From the NCBI GenBank assembly GCA_945869465.1, contig CAMBPB010000002.1, positions 27,874-91,873 on the forward strand: DNA of 64,000 nt, read 5' to 3'. A program made the position numbers and the translations under genes. Of the stretch, positions 9,901 to 16,506 are shown one piece after another. The stretch comes from Prosthecobacter debontii. GTDB lineage: Bacteria > Verrucomicrobiota > Verrucomicrobiia > Verrucomicrobiales > Akkermansiaceae. Positions within the stretch are counted from its first letter, which is position 1. Each line of letters begins with the position of its first letter. Below the pieces are notes generated by a model, which did no database searches, was not told where the DNA came from, and saw only the letters and a list, made by a program, of their open reading frames with translations.

Positions 9901-11463
9901 CGATGGCGCGATCTCGCCGATGGCCACGGCCACGCCGCCGGCCCCGAAGTCGTTGCAGATTTTGATTTTGCGGGTGAGTTCCGGGTTGCGGAAAAGGCGT
10001 TGGATTTTGCGCTCGGTGGGGGCGTCGCCCTTTTGGACTTCGGCGGAGTTTTCGAGAGCGGTGGCGGTGTGTTCCTTGGAAGAACCGGTGGCCCCGCCGA
10101 CGCCGTCGCGGCCGGTGCGGCCGCCGATGAGCAGGATGACATCGCCGGGCGCGGGAGTGCCGCGGAACACTTGGGAGCGCGGGGCGGCGGCGACGACCGC
10201 GCCGATTTCGAGGCGCTTGGCGACATAACCGGGGTGATAGATTTCCGCGACCTGTCCGGTGGCGAGGCCGATCTGGTTGCCATAGGACGAGTATCCGCGG
10301 GCGGCGACCTGGCAGATTTTTTTCTGCGGAAGCTTGCCGGGCAGTGTGGCGGCAAAGGGTGTCAGGGGATCGCCCGCGCCGGTGACCCGCATGGCCTGAT
10401 AGACATAGGAGCGCCCGGAAAGCGGATCGCGGATGCAGCCGCCGAGACAGGTAGCGGCGCCGCCGAAGGGCTCGATCTCGGTGGGGTGGTTGTGCGTCTC
10501 GTTTTTGAACATGACGAGCCACTCCTCGGTGGTGGGACTGTCGATTGAAGATTGAGGATTGAAGCTTGGAACATCCACGACGATGGAGGCGGCGTTGACT
10601 TCCTCGGAGACTTCGAGGTTGTCGAGCTCGCCGGAGGCCCGGAGTTCGCGCATGCCGATGAGGGCGATGTCCATCAGGGTCACGGGCTTGTCGCCGCGGC
10701 CTAACATATCTCGGGTTTCTAGATAGGTTTGCCAGGCGCGCTGGATGGGTTCGGTTCCCGCGCCGAAGGTGACGTCCGTGATTTGTGTTAGAAACGTGGT
10801 GTGGCGGCAGTGGTCGGACCAGTAAGTGTCCAACATCCGGATTTCGGTGATGCAGGGGCTGCGTTTTTCCTCGTCGCGGAAATAGTTTTGGCAGAAGGCC
10901 ACATCTTCGGGTGACATGGCGAGGGCGAGTTGGGTGCGGAGGGTGGCGGGATCCTGGGTGGTGAAGTGGGTGAGGATGGCGACATCCGGGGGAGAAGATG
11001 AGGACTGGCGGTTGGAAAACTCCGCCACTGGGACTTCGTGGGAATCCACGGCATTGATCACGTAGGCCTTGACGGTGGCGATTTCCGCGTTGGAAAGAGT
11101 GCCTTCGAGGATGATGACCTTTGCGCAATAGACGGCGGGGCGTTCCTTGCCGGTGAGAATTTGAACGCACTGGGCGGCGGAGTCGGCGCGTTGGTCGAAC
11201 TGGCCGGGCAGATACTCCACGGCGAAGGCGGTTTCGGTTTCTCCCAGGATCAGGGTGGGGAAAACATCGTCCACCTGGGGCTCCGAGAGGATGAGGGCGG
11301 TGGTCTGCGAAAACTCGGCTTCGGTTAGGCCAGCGATGCGATAGCGCTGGACCACCCGAACGCGGTGCAGGCCGGGCAAGCCAAGCGATTCACGGAGGTC
11401 GTGCAGCAGGTGGTGAGCCTGGGCATTGTGGGCGGCTTTTTTTTCAACGAAAATGCGGTTCAT
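6955..11463 (-). CDS. purL: Phosphoribosylformylglycinamidine synthase (single-chain large PurL) with internal in-frame insertions
   Basis: DTYWSDHCRH, KNETHNHPTEIEPFGG, SESQERM, GGFSAGDEPDGSAK, GICNGFQ, MGHSER. 1502 aa, longer than the ~1250 aa usual for this type. Confidence 0.96.
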   Translation of the reverse strand: MNRIFVEKKAAHNAQAHHLLHDLRESLGLPGLHRVRVVQRYRIAGLTEAEFSQTTALILSEPQVDDVFPTLILGETETAFAVEYLPGQFDQRADSAAQCVQILTGKERPAVYCAKVIILEGTLSNAEIATVKAYVINAVDSHEVPVAEFSNRQSSSSPPDVAILTHFTTQDPATLRTQLALAMSPEDVAFCQNYFRDEEKRSPCITEIRMLDTYWSDHCRHTTFLTQITDVTFGAGTEPIQRAWQTYLETRDMLGRGDKPVTLMDIALIGMRELRASGELDNLEVSEEVNAASIVVDVPSFNPQSSIDSPTTEEWLVMFKNETHNHPTEIEPFGGAATCLGGCIRDPLSGRSYVYQAMRVTGAGDPLTPFAATLPGKLPQKKICQVAARGYSSYGNQIGLATGQVAEIYHPGYVAKRLEIGAVVAAAPRSQVFRGTPAPGDVILLIGGRTGRDGVGGATGSSKEHTATALENSAEVQKGDAPTERKIQRLFRNPELTRKIKICNDFGAGGVAVAIGEIAPSLEINLDAVPKKYDGLDGTELAISESQERMAVCVDPSQIDYFIREADLENLECVQVAKVTDTGRLVMTWRGKTIVNLSRAFLDTNGVQQTAKIHVAGASCPPPSLTLTPSVTSNHEHTATLLERSASPTFRESLGSVGETIADVLRRVHRAGQKTGTPLPGDRQGRLDFERALRSIEERELRGLKNLWLDSTGLDARWKRAGELGGAEQKVFPTADGRHFRKINNGSYHGHWLQYLERLHLHRLLFPETAYTIEGLTEDDCAIAFVVSQQAVRTRKDISGQPMGATRSQVEREMAAAYGAFRFRNDDYYLPSLDLFVEELHNENVLVAADGETLLFIDPVIYQRPADFPAPSPVAAVSHRQALFSSPAHRSPLAEHLSSLNICSQKGLGGIFDGSVGAGTVLWPFGGNNQLTPPDAMVAKLPLLEGDTDVCTYMSWGFDPSLSEKSPFHGAVYAVTESVCKAVAAGARLRDIRLTLQEYFPKLGNHPTRWGMPFAALLGAFHAQHSLRLAAIGGKDSMSGSFNELDVPPTLVSFALAPGKASLALSPEFKQPGSTVSLVEVPRDADHLPDFEKLKQTSEQLHQLNVGGKLLSLHHIGRCGLAAALAKMAFGNGIGLRSEDVSSTPLFTERYFAFLIEHSEPLPESLSSQTLGHTTTDPTLVLNGEIHSLADLQTAWTATLEPVYPTRAESAERRVESMDVSFFSSSTAHRSLPTAHAKPKVLIPTFPGTNSEYDSAKAFRQAGAAAEILVFRNLSARHIEESLGALAREIHHSQILMFPGGFSAGDEPDGSAKFIATIIRSPRVADAIMDLLRNRDGLILGICNGFQALIKTGLVPYGEIRNPSEDAPTLVHNDIGRHISCYANTRIVSTLSPWLSNSNVGDIHTIPLSHGEGKFLASGEVIAELAKNHQIATQYCDPSGVPSMDIATNPNGSLAAIEGITSPCGRVLGKMGHSERAGTHVAKNIPGAKHQPVFAAGVRYFS
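7757..7846. repeat. Paired heptamer arrays forming an imperfect hairpin inside purL
   Basis: TGAGCAG TGGGCAG TGAGCGG TGAGCAG (7757-7784) and TGCTCTC AACTCTC CGCTCTG CGCTCTC CGCTCTT (7812-7846). GAGCRG units are complementary to YGCTC units. Confidence 0.85.
8822..8844 (-). repeat. GTGG-type REP-like hairpin
   Basis: Minus strand GTGGCGGCGGTTTCCCACCGCCA. Confidence 0.7.
9351..9560 (-). CDS. Small 69-aa ORF nested out of frame in the purL insertion
   Basis: MNTPQPYLSEAHRQRSEKALAALAKQSPMSYEECIEQAKKL...; ATG lies at the start of the kinase-like segment, one base out of the purL frame. Confidence 0.45.
   Translation of the reverse strand: MNTPQPYLSEAHRQRSEKALAALAKQSPMSYEECIEQAKKLALRCQETAKDASISNEPCVPSRNANSAA
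9599..9621 (-). repeat. GTGG-type REP-like hairpin
   Basis: Minus strand GTGGCGGGGGCATCCTGCCCGCC, read as VAGASCPP in PurL. Confidence 0.7.
10543..10563. repeat. Heptamer tandem repeat in purL
   Basis: GATTGAA GATTGAG GATTGAA; lies in PSFNPQSSIDSP just before WLVMFKNETH. Confidence 0.75.
11006..11028 (-). repeat. GTGG-type REP-like hairpin in purL
   Basis: Minus strand GTGGCGGAGTTTTCCAACCGCCA, nearly identical to the copy at 8822-8844. Confidence 0.7.
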
Positions 11464-11546
11464 CAGCGGCGGAGCTTTGGGAAGCGCCGAAGGTTAAAGC
11501 GCCGGACCGCGAGGGCAAGCGGAATGGGGTGATTCGGGTTTCCAAG

Positions 11547-11572
11547 AAAAAACCCCGCCTTTGCAGGCGGGG
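11547..11572 (-). terminator. Intrinsic terminator downstream of tRNA-Asp
   Basis: Stem CCCCGCCT-TTGC-AGGCGGGG with an A tract at 11547-11552 (U tract on the minus strand). Confidence 0.8.
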
Positions 11573-11590
11573 CTGATTCACGAACGGGGA

Positions 11591-11667
11591 TGGCGGAGCG
11601 GACGGGGCTCGAACCCGCGACCTCCAACGTGACAGGCTGGCGCTCTAACCAACTGAGCTACCGCTCC
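11591..11667 (-). tRNA. tRNA-Asp (GTC)
   Basis: GGAGCGGTAGCTCAGTTGGTTAGAGCGCCAGCCTGTCACGTTGGAGGTCGCGGGTTCGAGCCCCGTCCGCTCCGCCA: cloverleaf, GTC anticodon, encoded CCA. Confidence 0.97.
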
Positions 11668-11759
11668 ATCCCGTTCGGGATGGCGCGGACGCTAGGAGGC
11701 GACTCCTGTCCGCGCAACACCTTTTTCTCGTGCGGGTGAGATTTTTTCCGCAGGTTTTT

Positions 11760-12686
11760 TCAGGACAGAGCCTCCACCGCGGCTTCGAGACTCGGGAGGT
11801 CTTCGACGGAGTGAACCACGGCTTCCTTGTCGTTCTTTGCGACCAGGCCGGCGATGACTCTGTCGGGCCCCAGTTCCAGAAAATTCCGGTGGCCCATGGC
11901 GATGAGCGCTTGGATCGAGGCGGTCCAGCGAACCGAGCCGGTGACTTGTTTTTCCAGCATCGAGCGGATTTCGGCTGGCTCGGAAACCGGAGTGGCCGTG
12001 TAGTTGCAAACCACCGGGATGGCGGGCTTGAGCAACGAAACGGCGGCGAGTTCGGCGGCGAGTTGGTGCCGGGCGCTTTGCATCAGGCGTGAGTGATAGG
12101 CCCCCGCAACATTGAGTTTGATGGCGCGACGGATGCCGAACTCCTTGGCTCTGGCCACTGCGGCGTCGATGCCGGCGACGGTGCCGGAAAGCACGATTTG
12201 TCCGGGTGCGTTGAAATTGGCGATATCCACCTCGGTGGCGGCGGCGAGGGCGCGGATCTGGTCTTCCTCGCCGCCGATCAGCGCGGCCATGGATCCTGCG
12301 GTGGCCAGGCAGGCCTCTTCCATGAAGGCCCCGCGTTTGCCGACGATGCGAAGCCCGTCTTCAAACGAGAAGGTTCCAGCGGCGGCATGGGCGGTGAATT
12401 CGCCCAGCGAGAGTCCCGCAGCGGCGACGGGGGTGAGCCGCGGAAGCCGTTGGCGAATCAGCGCGAGCGCCATCAGACCGTGAAGATAGAGCGCGGGTTG
12501 GCAGCGCGAGGTTTTTGTGAGTTCCTCGTCGGGGCCTTCGAACATCATCTCTGAAAGCGGGAAGCCGAGGGTTTCGTCGGCCTTGACGGCCATCCCGCGG
12601 GCGGCGGCGGACGATTCCGCGAAGTCCTTGCCCATGCCGGTTTTTTGGGCTCCCTGTCCGGAAAAAAGAAGAACGATTTGGCTCAT
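11760..12686 (-). CDS. fabD: Malonyl CoA-ACP transacylase
   Basis: LFSGQGAQKTGMG, GLSLGEF, VAGAYHS, ELGP. Confidence 0.96.
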   Translation of the reverse strand: MSQIVLLFSGQGAQKTGMGKDFAESSAAARGMAVKADETLGFPLSEMMFEGPDEELTKTSRCQPALYLHGLMALALIRQRLPRLTPVAAAGLSLGEFTAHAAAGTFSFEDGLRIVGKRGAFMEEACLATAGSMAALIGGEEDQIRALAAATEVDIANFNAPGQIVLSGTVAGIDAAVARAKEFGIRRAIKLNVAGAYHSRLMQSARHQLAAELAAVSLLKPAIPVVCNYTATPVSEPAEIRSMLEKQVTGSVRWTASIQALIAMGHRNFLELGPDRVIAGLVAKNDKEAVVHSVEDLPSLEAAVEALS

Positions 12687-12796
12687 GTCGAGGGCGGTCT
12701 AGGGGAATGCCTCTTGGGTGAAAAGAGAATTGCGATTGCAACCCTTCCGAGCTTTCGGGGTTTGAGCGACTGCTTGACCAATCCTATCAAATCACC

Positions 12797-13240
12797 ATGA
12801 AAACCTCACCCCATCGTATCGCAAAAATCCTGGGAACTCTCGCATTCGGCGGATTTTTAATGAATCCATCCCAGTTATCCGCTCAGGAACCGGGGAATCG
12901 GGAAACGCAAGCGGGGCCGCCGCCTCAGGATCGCATCCGGCATCTGCGTGAAGCCGCTGAGCATCTGAAGGCCGCCGGGTTTGAGAAGCAGTCCGCCCAA
13001 GCGGTTGCTGAAATCGCGAGGATCGAGGCTGCAAACCGGCCCAAGCAGGACCAATGCTGCTGCGATGAGGGTTCACAAGCCAATGCTGCCCTTCAGAAGG
13101 AGTTGAATAAACTCCGCCGTGAAATGGATGAACTCCGCGGTCAGGTTCGTCGCCTCAGTGCGGCGACCCCTCCGAAACACACTCCGCAAAGTCCGCAACG
13201 TCCCGATCCGCGTGGCGATCGGGGGCCGGAGGACCGGTGA
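12797..13240 (+). CDS. Secreted hypothetical protein with coiled coil
   Basis: Signal-like N-terminus; HLREAAEHLKAAG and LQKELNKLRREMDELRGQV. Confidence 0.65.
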   Translation: MKTSPHRIAKILGTLAFGGFLMNPSQLSAQEPGNRETQAGPPPQDRIRHLREAAEHLKAAGFEKQSAQAVAEIARIEAANRPKQDQCCCDEGSQANAALQKELNKLRREMDELRGQVRRLSAATPPKHTPQSPQRPDPRGDRGPEDR

Positions 13241-13261
13241 GGTTTCCCGCAACGGCCATTG

Positions 13262-14002
13262 TCAGGGATCCTTGGCGCGCCCTGACCAAATCAGTTCGAA
13301 ATTGTTAGGCGGTTTTACGGCCTCGTGGGCTAGTCCGTCGGCGGTGAGAGCCAACCACGGGTTGATCTCGCCGCCGAGGCATTCAATGGTTTGCACAGTC
13401 CAGACATTGCAAACCCGGGGGATAAAATACCGATGAGGGGACTCCAGTTGCACGCCTTTGCCCCAGCTGGACTCACCAATCACTCGTGGCTTGCCATCGG
13501 CTCCCTTGGCGCTGCAAGCGTTGAGGAAGGCGGCGAGGGCCGGTCCACGGTCCCGAGGGACGAGTTTCCTCCAAATCCGCTGCTGCGGACAGACTTCCGC
13601 CACGTTCCACTCCGCGGGAATCAACTCCATCACTGAGGGAGTCCTGGTGAAAATGACGCGGAAGATTTTCCACGCGTTGTCGATTCCCTCTTTTGAATAG
13701 GCGTGCCGGTTTCCCCAGCTCATCGTGACGTAGCGGGGTTTGCCGAAATTTGCCGGCGGCACAAAACCGGATTCTTCCAACCACTCGTAGGGGAAGACCA
13801 TGCCGGTGTGATAGGTGTCGGCGATCAGCCAGACAAGCACGTCCGGATCTTGAGCGGGTTTGGCAGGCGGCGGTTCCAGACGCACCTTCACCCGTTGGAC
13901 TGAAGCGGGACGGACCGGCAGGCGGATACCGCAGGAGCCCAGCAGGGCCATTGCCACCACCCCTGCGGCGAGGGTGCTTCGCATCATCGGCGGGCGGGGC
14001 AT
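13262..14002 (-). CDS. DUF2459-like lipoprotein
   Basis: Lipobox LLGSC; TYHTGMVFP, MSWGN, PRVCNVWT. Start trimmed to avoid overlap with ppnP. Confidence 0.7.
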   Translation of the reverse strand: MPRPPMMRSTLAAGVVAMALLGSCGIRLPVRPASVQRVKVRLEPPPAKPAQDPDVLVWLIADTYHTGMVFPYEWLEESGFVPPANFGKPRYVTMSWGNRHAYSKEGIDNAWKIFRVIFTRTPSVMELIPAEWNVAEVCPQQRIWRKLVPRDRGPALAAFLNACSAKGADGKPRVIGESSWGKGVQLESPHRYFIPRVCNVWTVQTIECLGGEINPWLALTADGLAHEAVKPPNNFELIWSGRAKDP

Positions 14003-14003
14003 T

Positions 14004-14324
14004 TCAGGCAGGCAGGAACGAACAGATATATTCGCAGATGCAATCGTCCACGGTGATGGAAAATCCGCTATTTCCCGCAACCTCGAAGGCGGATCCAGCG
14101 GCGACTGTGAGCACCTCCGAAGTGCCGTCCAGCAACACTTCGCAGACGCCCGCGATGATTTCCATGCGCTCCGGAGCGGCGGTGCCGAAATGAAATTTCC
14201 CTGGGAAAATCAGCCCGAGGGTTTTCTTGGTGCCCTCCGCGAAATGCACGGTGTGGGAAACGACCCGGCCGTCGAAATAGACGTTGGCCTTGGCATCGAC
14301 GGTGACGTTGGAAAATGAGGTCAT
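14004..14324 (-). CDS. ppnP: Pyrimidine/purine nucleoside phosphorylase (DUF1255)
   Basis: KANVYFDGRVVS, KKTLGLIFPG, FGTAAPERMEI, EYICSF. Confidence 0.93.
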   Translation of the reverse strand: MTSFSNVTVDAKANVYFDGRVVSHTVHFAEGTKKTLGLIFPGKFHFGTAAPERMEIIAGVCEVLLDGTSEVLTVAAGSAFEVAGNSGFSITVDDCICEYICSFLPA

Positions 14325-14353
14325 GTGAGTTGGAATTGGGTGAGGGATTGGAT

Positions 14354-14854
14354 TTATTCAACGGGCATGCCGGCTTGCTTCCACCTGTCCCAGCCGCCGG
14401 AGAAGGTTTTGACCGGGTAGCCGAATCCGGAAATATGAATGGCGACTGTGCGGGCGTCCGGGCAGGTCATGCTGGTGCAATACACCACCAGCGACTTCCC
14501 GTCCGCCAAGGCGGCCTTGATTTTGGATTCCCGTGCGGCGATGGTCTCGTCGCAATGGTTTTTTGGAAGATTGATCGCGCCCGGGATGTGGCCAAGATTG
14601 TAGAAGAACGCCGGGCGGGCATCGAAGATCAACGCCTTGCCGGATTGCTGAAGCGCGAAAAACTCCTCGAATGACACCGAGGAAACCTCGCCCCGGCCGT
14701 TCATCCGGGGCGGCTTCTTGTATTTCGGGGCTTCCGCCTGGGGTTCCTTGGCAGTTTCAGGAGTCGCGGCCGGCGCGACTTTCGTCTGATCCGCGCATGC
14801 CGCGAGGATCAGCGAACAGACAAGCACGGGAAATGGTGTCCGCAGACAGGTCAT
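14354..14854 (-). CDS. Rhodanese-like lipoprotein
   Basis: Lipobox LAAC; IFDARP, GHIPGAINLP, VVYC, FSGGW. Confidence 0.88.
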   Translation of the reverse strand: MTCLRTPFPVLVCSLILAACADQTKVAPAATPETAKEPQAEAPKYKKPPRMNGRGEVSSVSFEEFFALQQSGKALIFDARPAFFYNLGHIPGAINLPKNHCDETIAARESKIKAALADGKSLVVYCTSMTCPDARTVAIHISGFGYPVKTFSGGWDRWKQAGMPVE

Positions 14855-15696
14855 TTGACGATATCGATCAATTCGACGTCGAACACCAAGGTTCCGGCGG
14901 GAGCGCCTGCCGGCGGGGTTTCCCCGTAGGCGAGCTTGGCGGGAATCCAGAGGCGGCGTTTCTCACCCACCACCATGAGTTGCACTCCTTCGGTCCAGCC
15001 GGCAATGACTTGGTTCAGCGGGAAAACAATCGATTCACCGCGCACCACTGAACTGTCGAAGAGTTTGCCGTCGGTGGTCCAACCGGAGTAGTGCACTTTG
15101 ACTTGATCGGTTGCTTTCGGATGCTCGGTGCCAGTGCCCTTGGTGAGGACGCGGGAGGCAATGCCAGTCGCGGTTTTTTCAGCGCTTTCGGGGGCGGCGG
15201 CCACATCTTCCGGCACGGCGGGTGGCTTGGGAGCGGCCTTGATGGCCAGCAATTCGACATCGAATACGAGCATGCCACCCGGGCGTCCGCCGCTGGCTTC
15301 GCCATAGGCGAGGTTGGCTGGGATCCAGAAGCGGCGTTTTTCGCCTTCCACCATCAACTGCAACCCTTCGGTCCAGCCCTTGATCACTCCATTCAGCGGA
15401 AAACTCGAGGGTTGGCCGCGCTTCACCGAGCTATCGAAGAGTTTCCCATCCGTCGTCCAACCGGAGTAATGAACCGTCACGGTATCGGCCGCGGCGGGTT
15501 TTTGGTCGCCCTTGCCGGCTTGAAGGACTTTTGAAGCAAGGCCGGAGGCGGTTTTTACGGCCTCGGCGGGCGGTGCTTGGACGTCGGCGGGAGTTTCGGG
15601 CATGGCGGGTTCGGCGTGGGCGGTGAGGGTTAGGGCAATTGCCATCCAGGCCGCGTGCGGAAAGATGGTTGGTATGGAATTCGGAATGAAATTCAT
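14851..15696 (-). CDS. FKBP-type peptidyl-prolyl isomerase with two FKBP domains
   Basis: Two copies of VHYSGWTTDGKLFDSS...VIxGWTEG...LVFDVEL after a signal peptide. Confidence 0.93.
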   Translation of the reverse strand: MNFIPNSIPTIFPHAAWMAIALTLTAHAEPAMPETPADVQAPPAEAVKTASGLASKVLQAGKGDQKPAAADTVTVHYSGWTTDGKLFDSSVKRGQPSSFPLNGVIKGWTEGLQLMVEGEKRRFWIPANLAYGEASGGRPGGMLVFDVELLAIKAAPKPPAVPEDVAAAPESAEKTATGIASRVLTKGTGTEHPKATDQVKVHYSGWTTDGKLFDSSVVRGESIVFPLNQVIAGWTEGVQLMVVGEKRRLWIPAKLAYGETPPAGAPAGTLVFDVELIDIVK

Positions 15697-15748
15697 CCGC
15701 GGAGAATTGATGAATCGGGACGACGCTGTCAACCCCTTGCATCACAGG

Positions 15749-16147
15749 TCATTTCGGTCGGTTGCGGCCGCGGACTTCCAATATCGTCGGTTCGTGGCAA
15801 TAGGGACACCGAAAGGAATTCCTGAACAATACCGCCAGAGCCACCCGCAGGCGGTGGCTGCCGAGAAAGCTCCGGGCACGCCGGTTGGTCGCACATTTTT
15901 TGGCGGCGAGAACCGGCGTCATGCACAGCGGGCAACCGGTTCGTGAGGCGACGAGCCATTGCAGGATGGTGGTTAGTGCCGTCAGGGCGATCAACCCGAT
16001 CCCGATGATGGTGAGCTGGTGGTTGCTGGTAATCGTGGATTGGATCAAGACCCCGCCAGTGACCGGGACCAGCATGCATTTGGCGCACAGAAGGAAGGCG
16101 GCAAGGCGAAAGCGGTGGATGAGGGATTTCGATTTAAGCCGGTGCAT
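15749..16147 (-). CDS. Hypothetical membrane protein with two CxxC motifs
   Basis: Two TM segments followed by CPLC...CPYC. Confidence 0.6.
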   Translation of the reverse strand: MHRLKSKSLIHRFRLAAFLLCAKCMLVPVTGGVLIQSTITSNHQLTIIGIGLIALTALTTILQWLVASRTGCPLCMTPVLAAKKCATNRRARSFLGSHRLRVALAVLFRNSFRCPYCHEPTILEVRGRNRPK

Positions 16148-16204
16148 CAGGGATTGGCTAAAAGTCAGGAGCGATGGAAAAGTTTACACAGCAAAGCGGG
16201 GCAA

Positions 16205-16474
16205 TCAAAAAAAAGAGCCCTGTCCCTCATCGCCGCGGCGGGCGGACGTAGGGCCGGCCAGCAGGGCGTCGATGCGAGTGAGCAGGTCGAGCGACGGCAC
16301 TTCGTTGCCATCCAACAGCACCCGCAGGCGGGTCCGCCATTGCTCAAGGGTGCCGCCTTCTTCCGCGGCGAGCACCATGGCGGTCTGGGTGAGGCGGCCG
16401 CTGACCGCCAACTGGCGGCCGGTCCGGCGCAGCCAGGCTTCAAAATAAGGACGGTCGGTCTTCGGGGTGAACAC
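16205..16474 (-). CDS. Small hypothetical protein, possibly HTH-like
   Basis: 89 aa, co-oriented just downstream of uvrB, ends QGSFF. Confidence 0.55.
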   Translation of the reverse strand: MFTPKTDRPYFEAWLRRTGRQLAVSGRLTQTAMVLAAEEGGTLEQWRTRLRVLLDGNEVPSLDLLTRIDALLAGPTSARRGDEGQGSFF

Positions 16475-16506
16475 GGCGGGAGACTCGGATCAATCCACCC
16501 GCGGGG

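Noticed and set aside
11591-11667. tRNA-Asp as an integration site of a genomic island
   Set aside because: No integrase, flanked directly by purL and fabD, and no distant repeat of the tRNA 3' end was seen.
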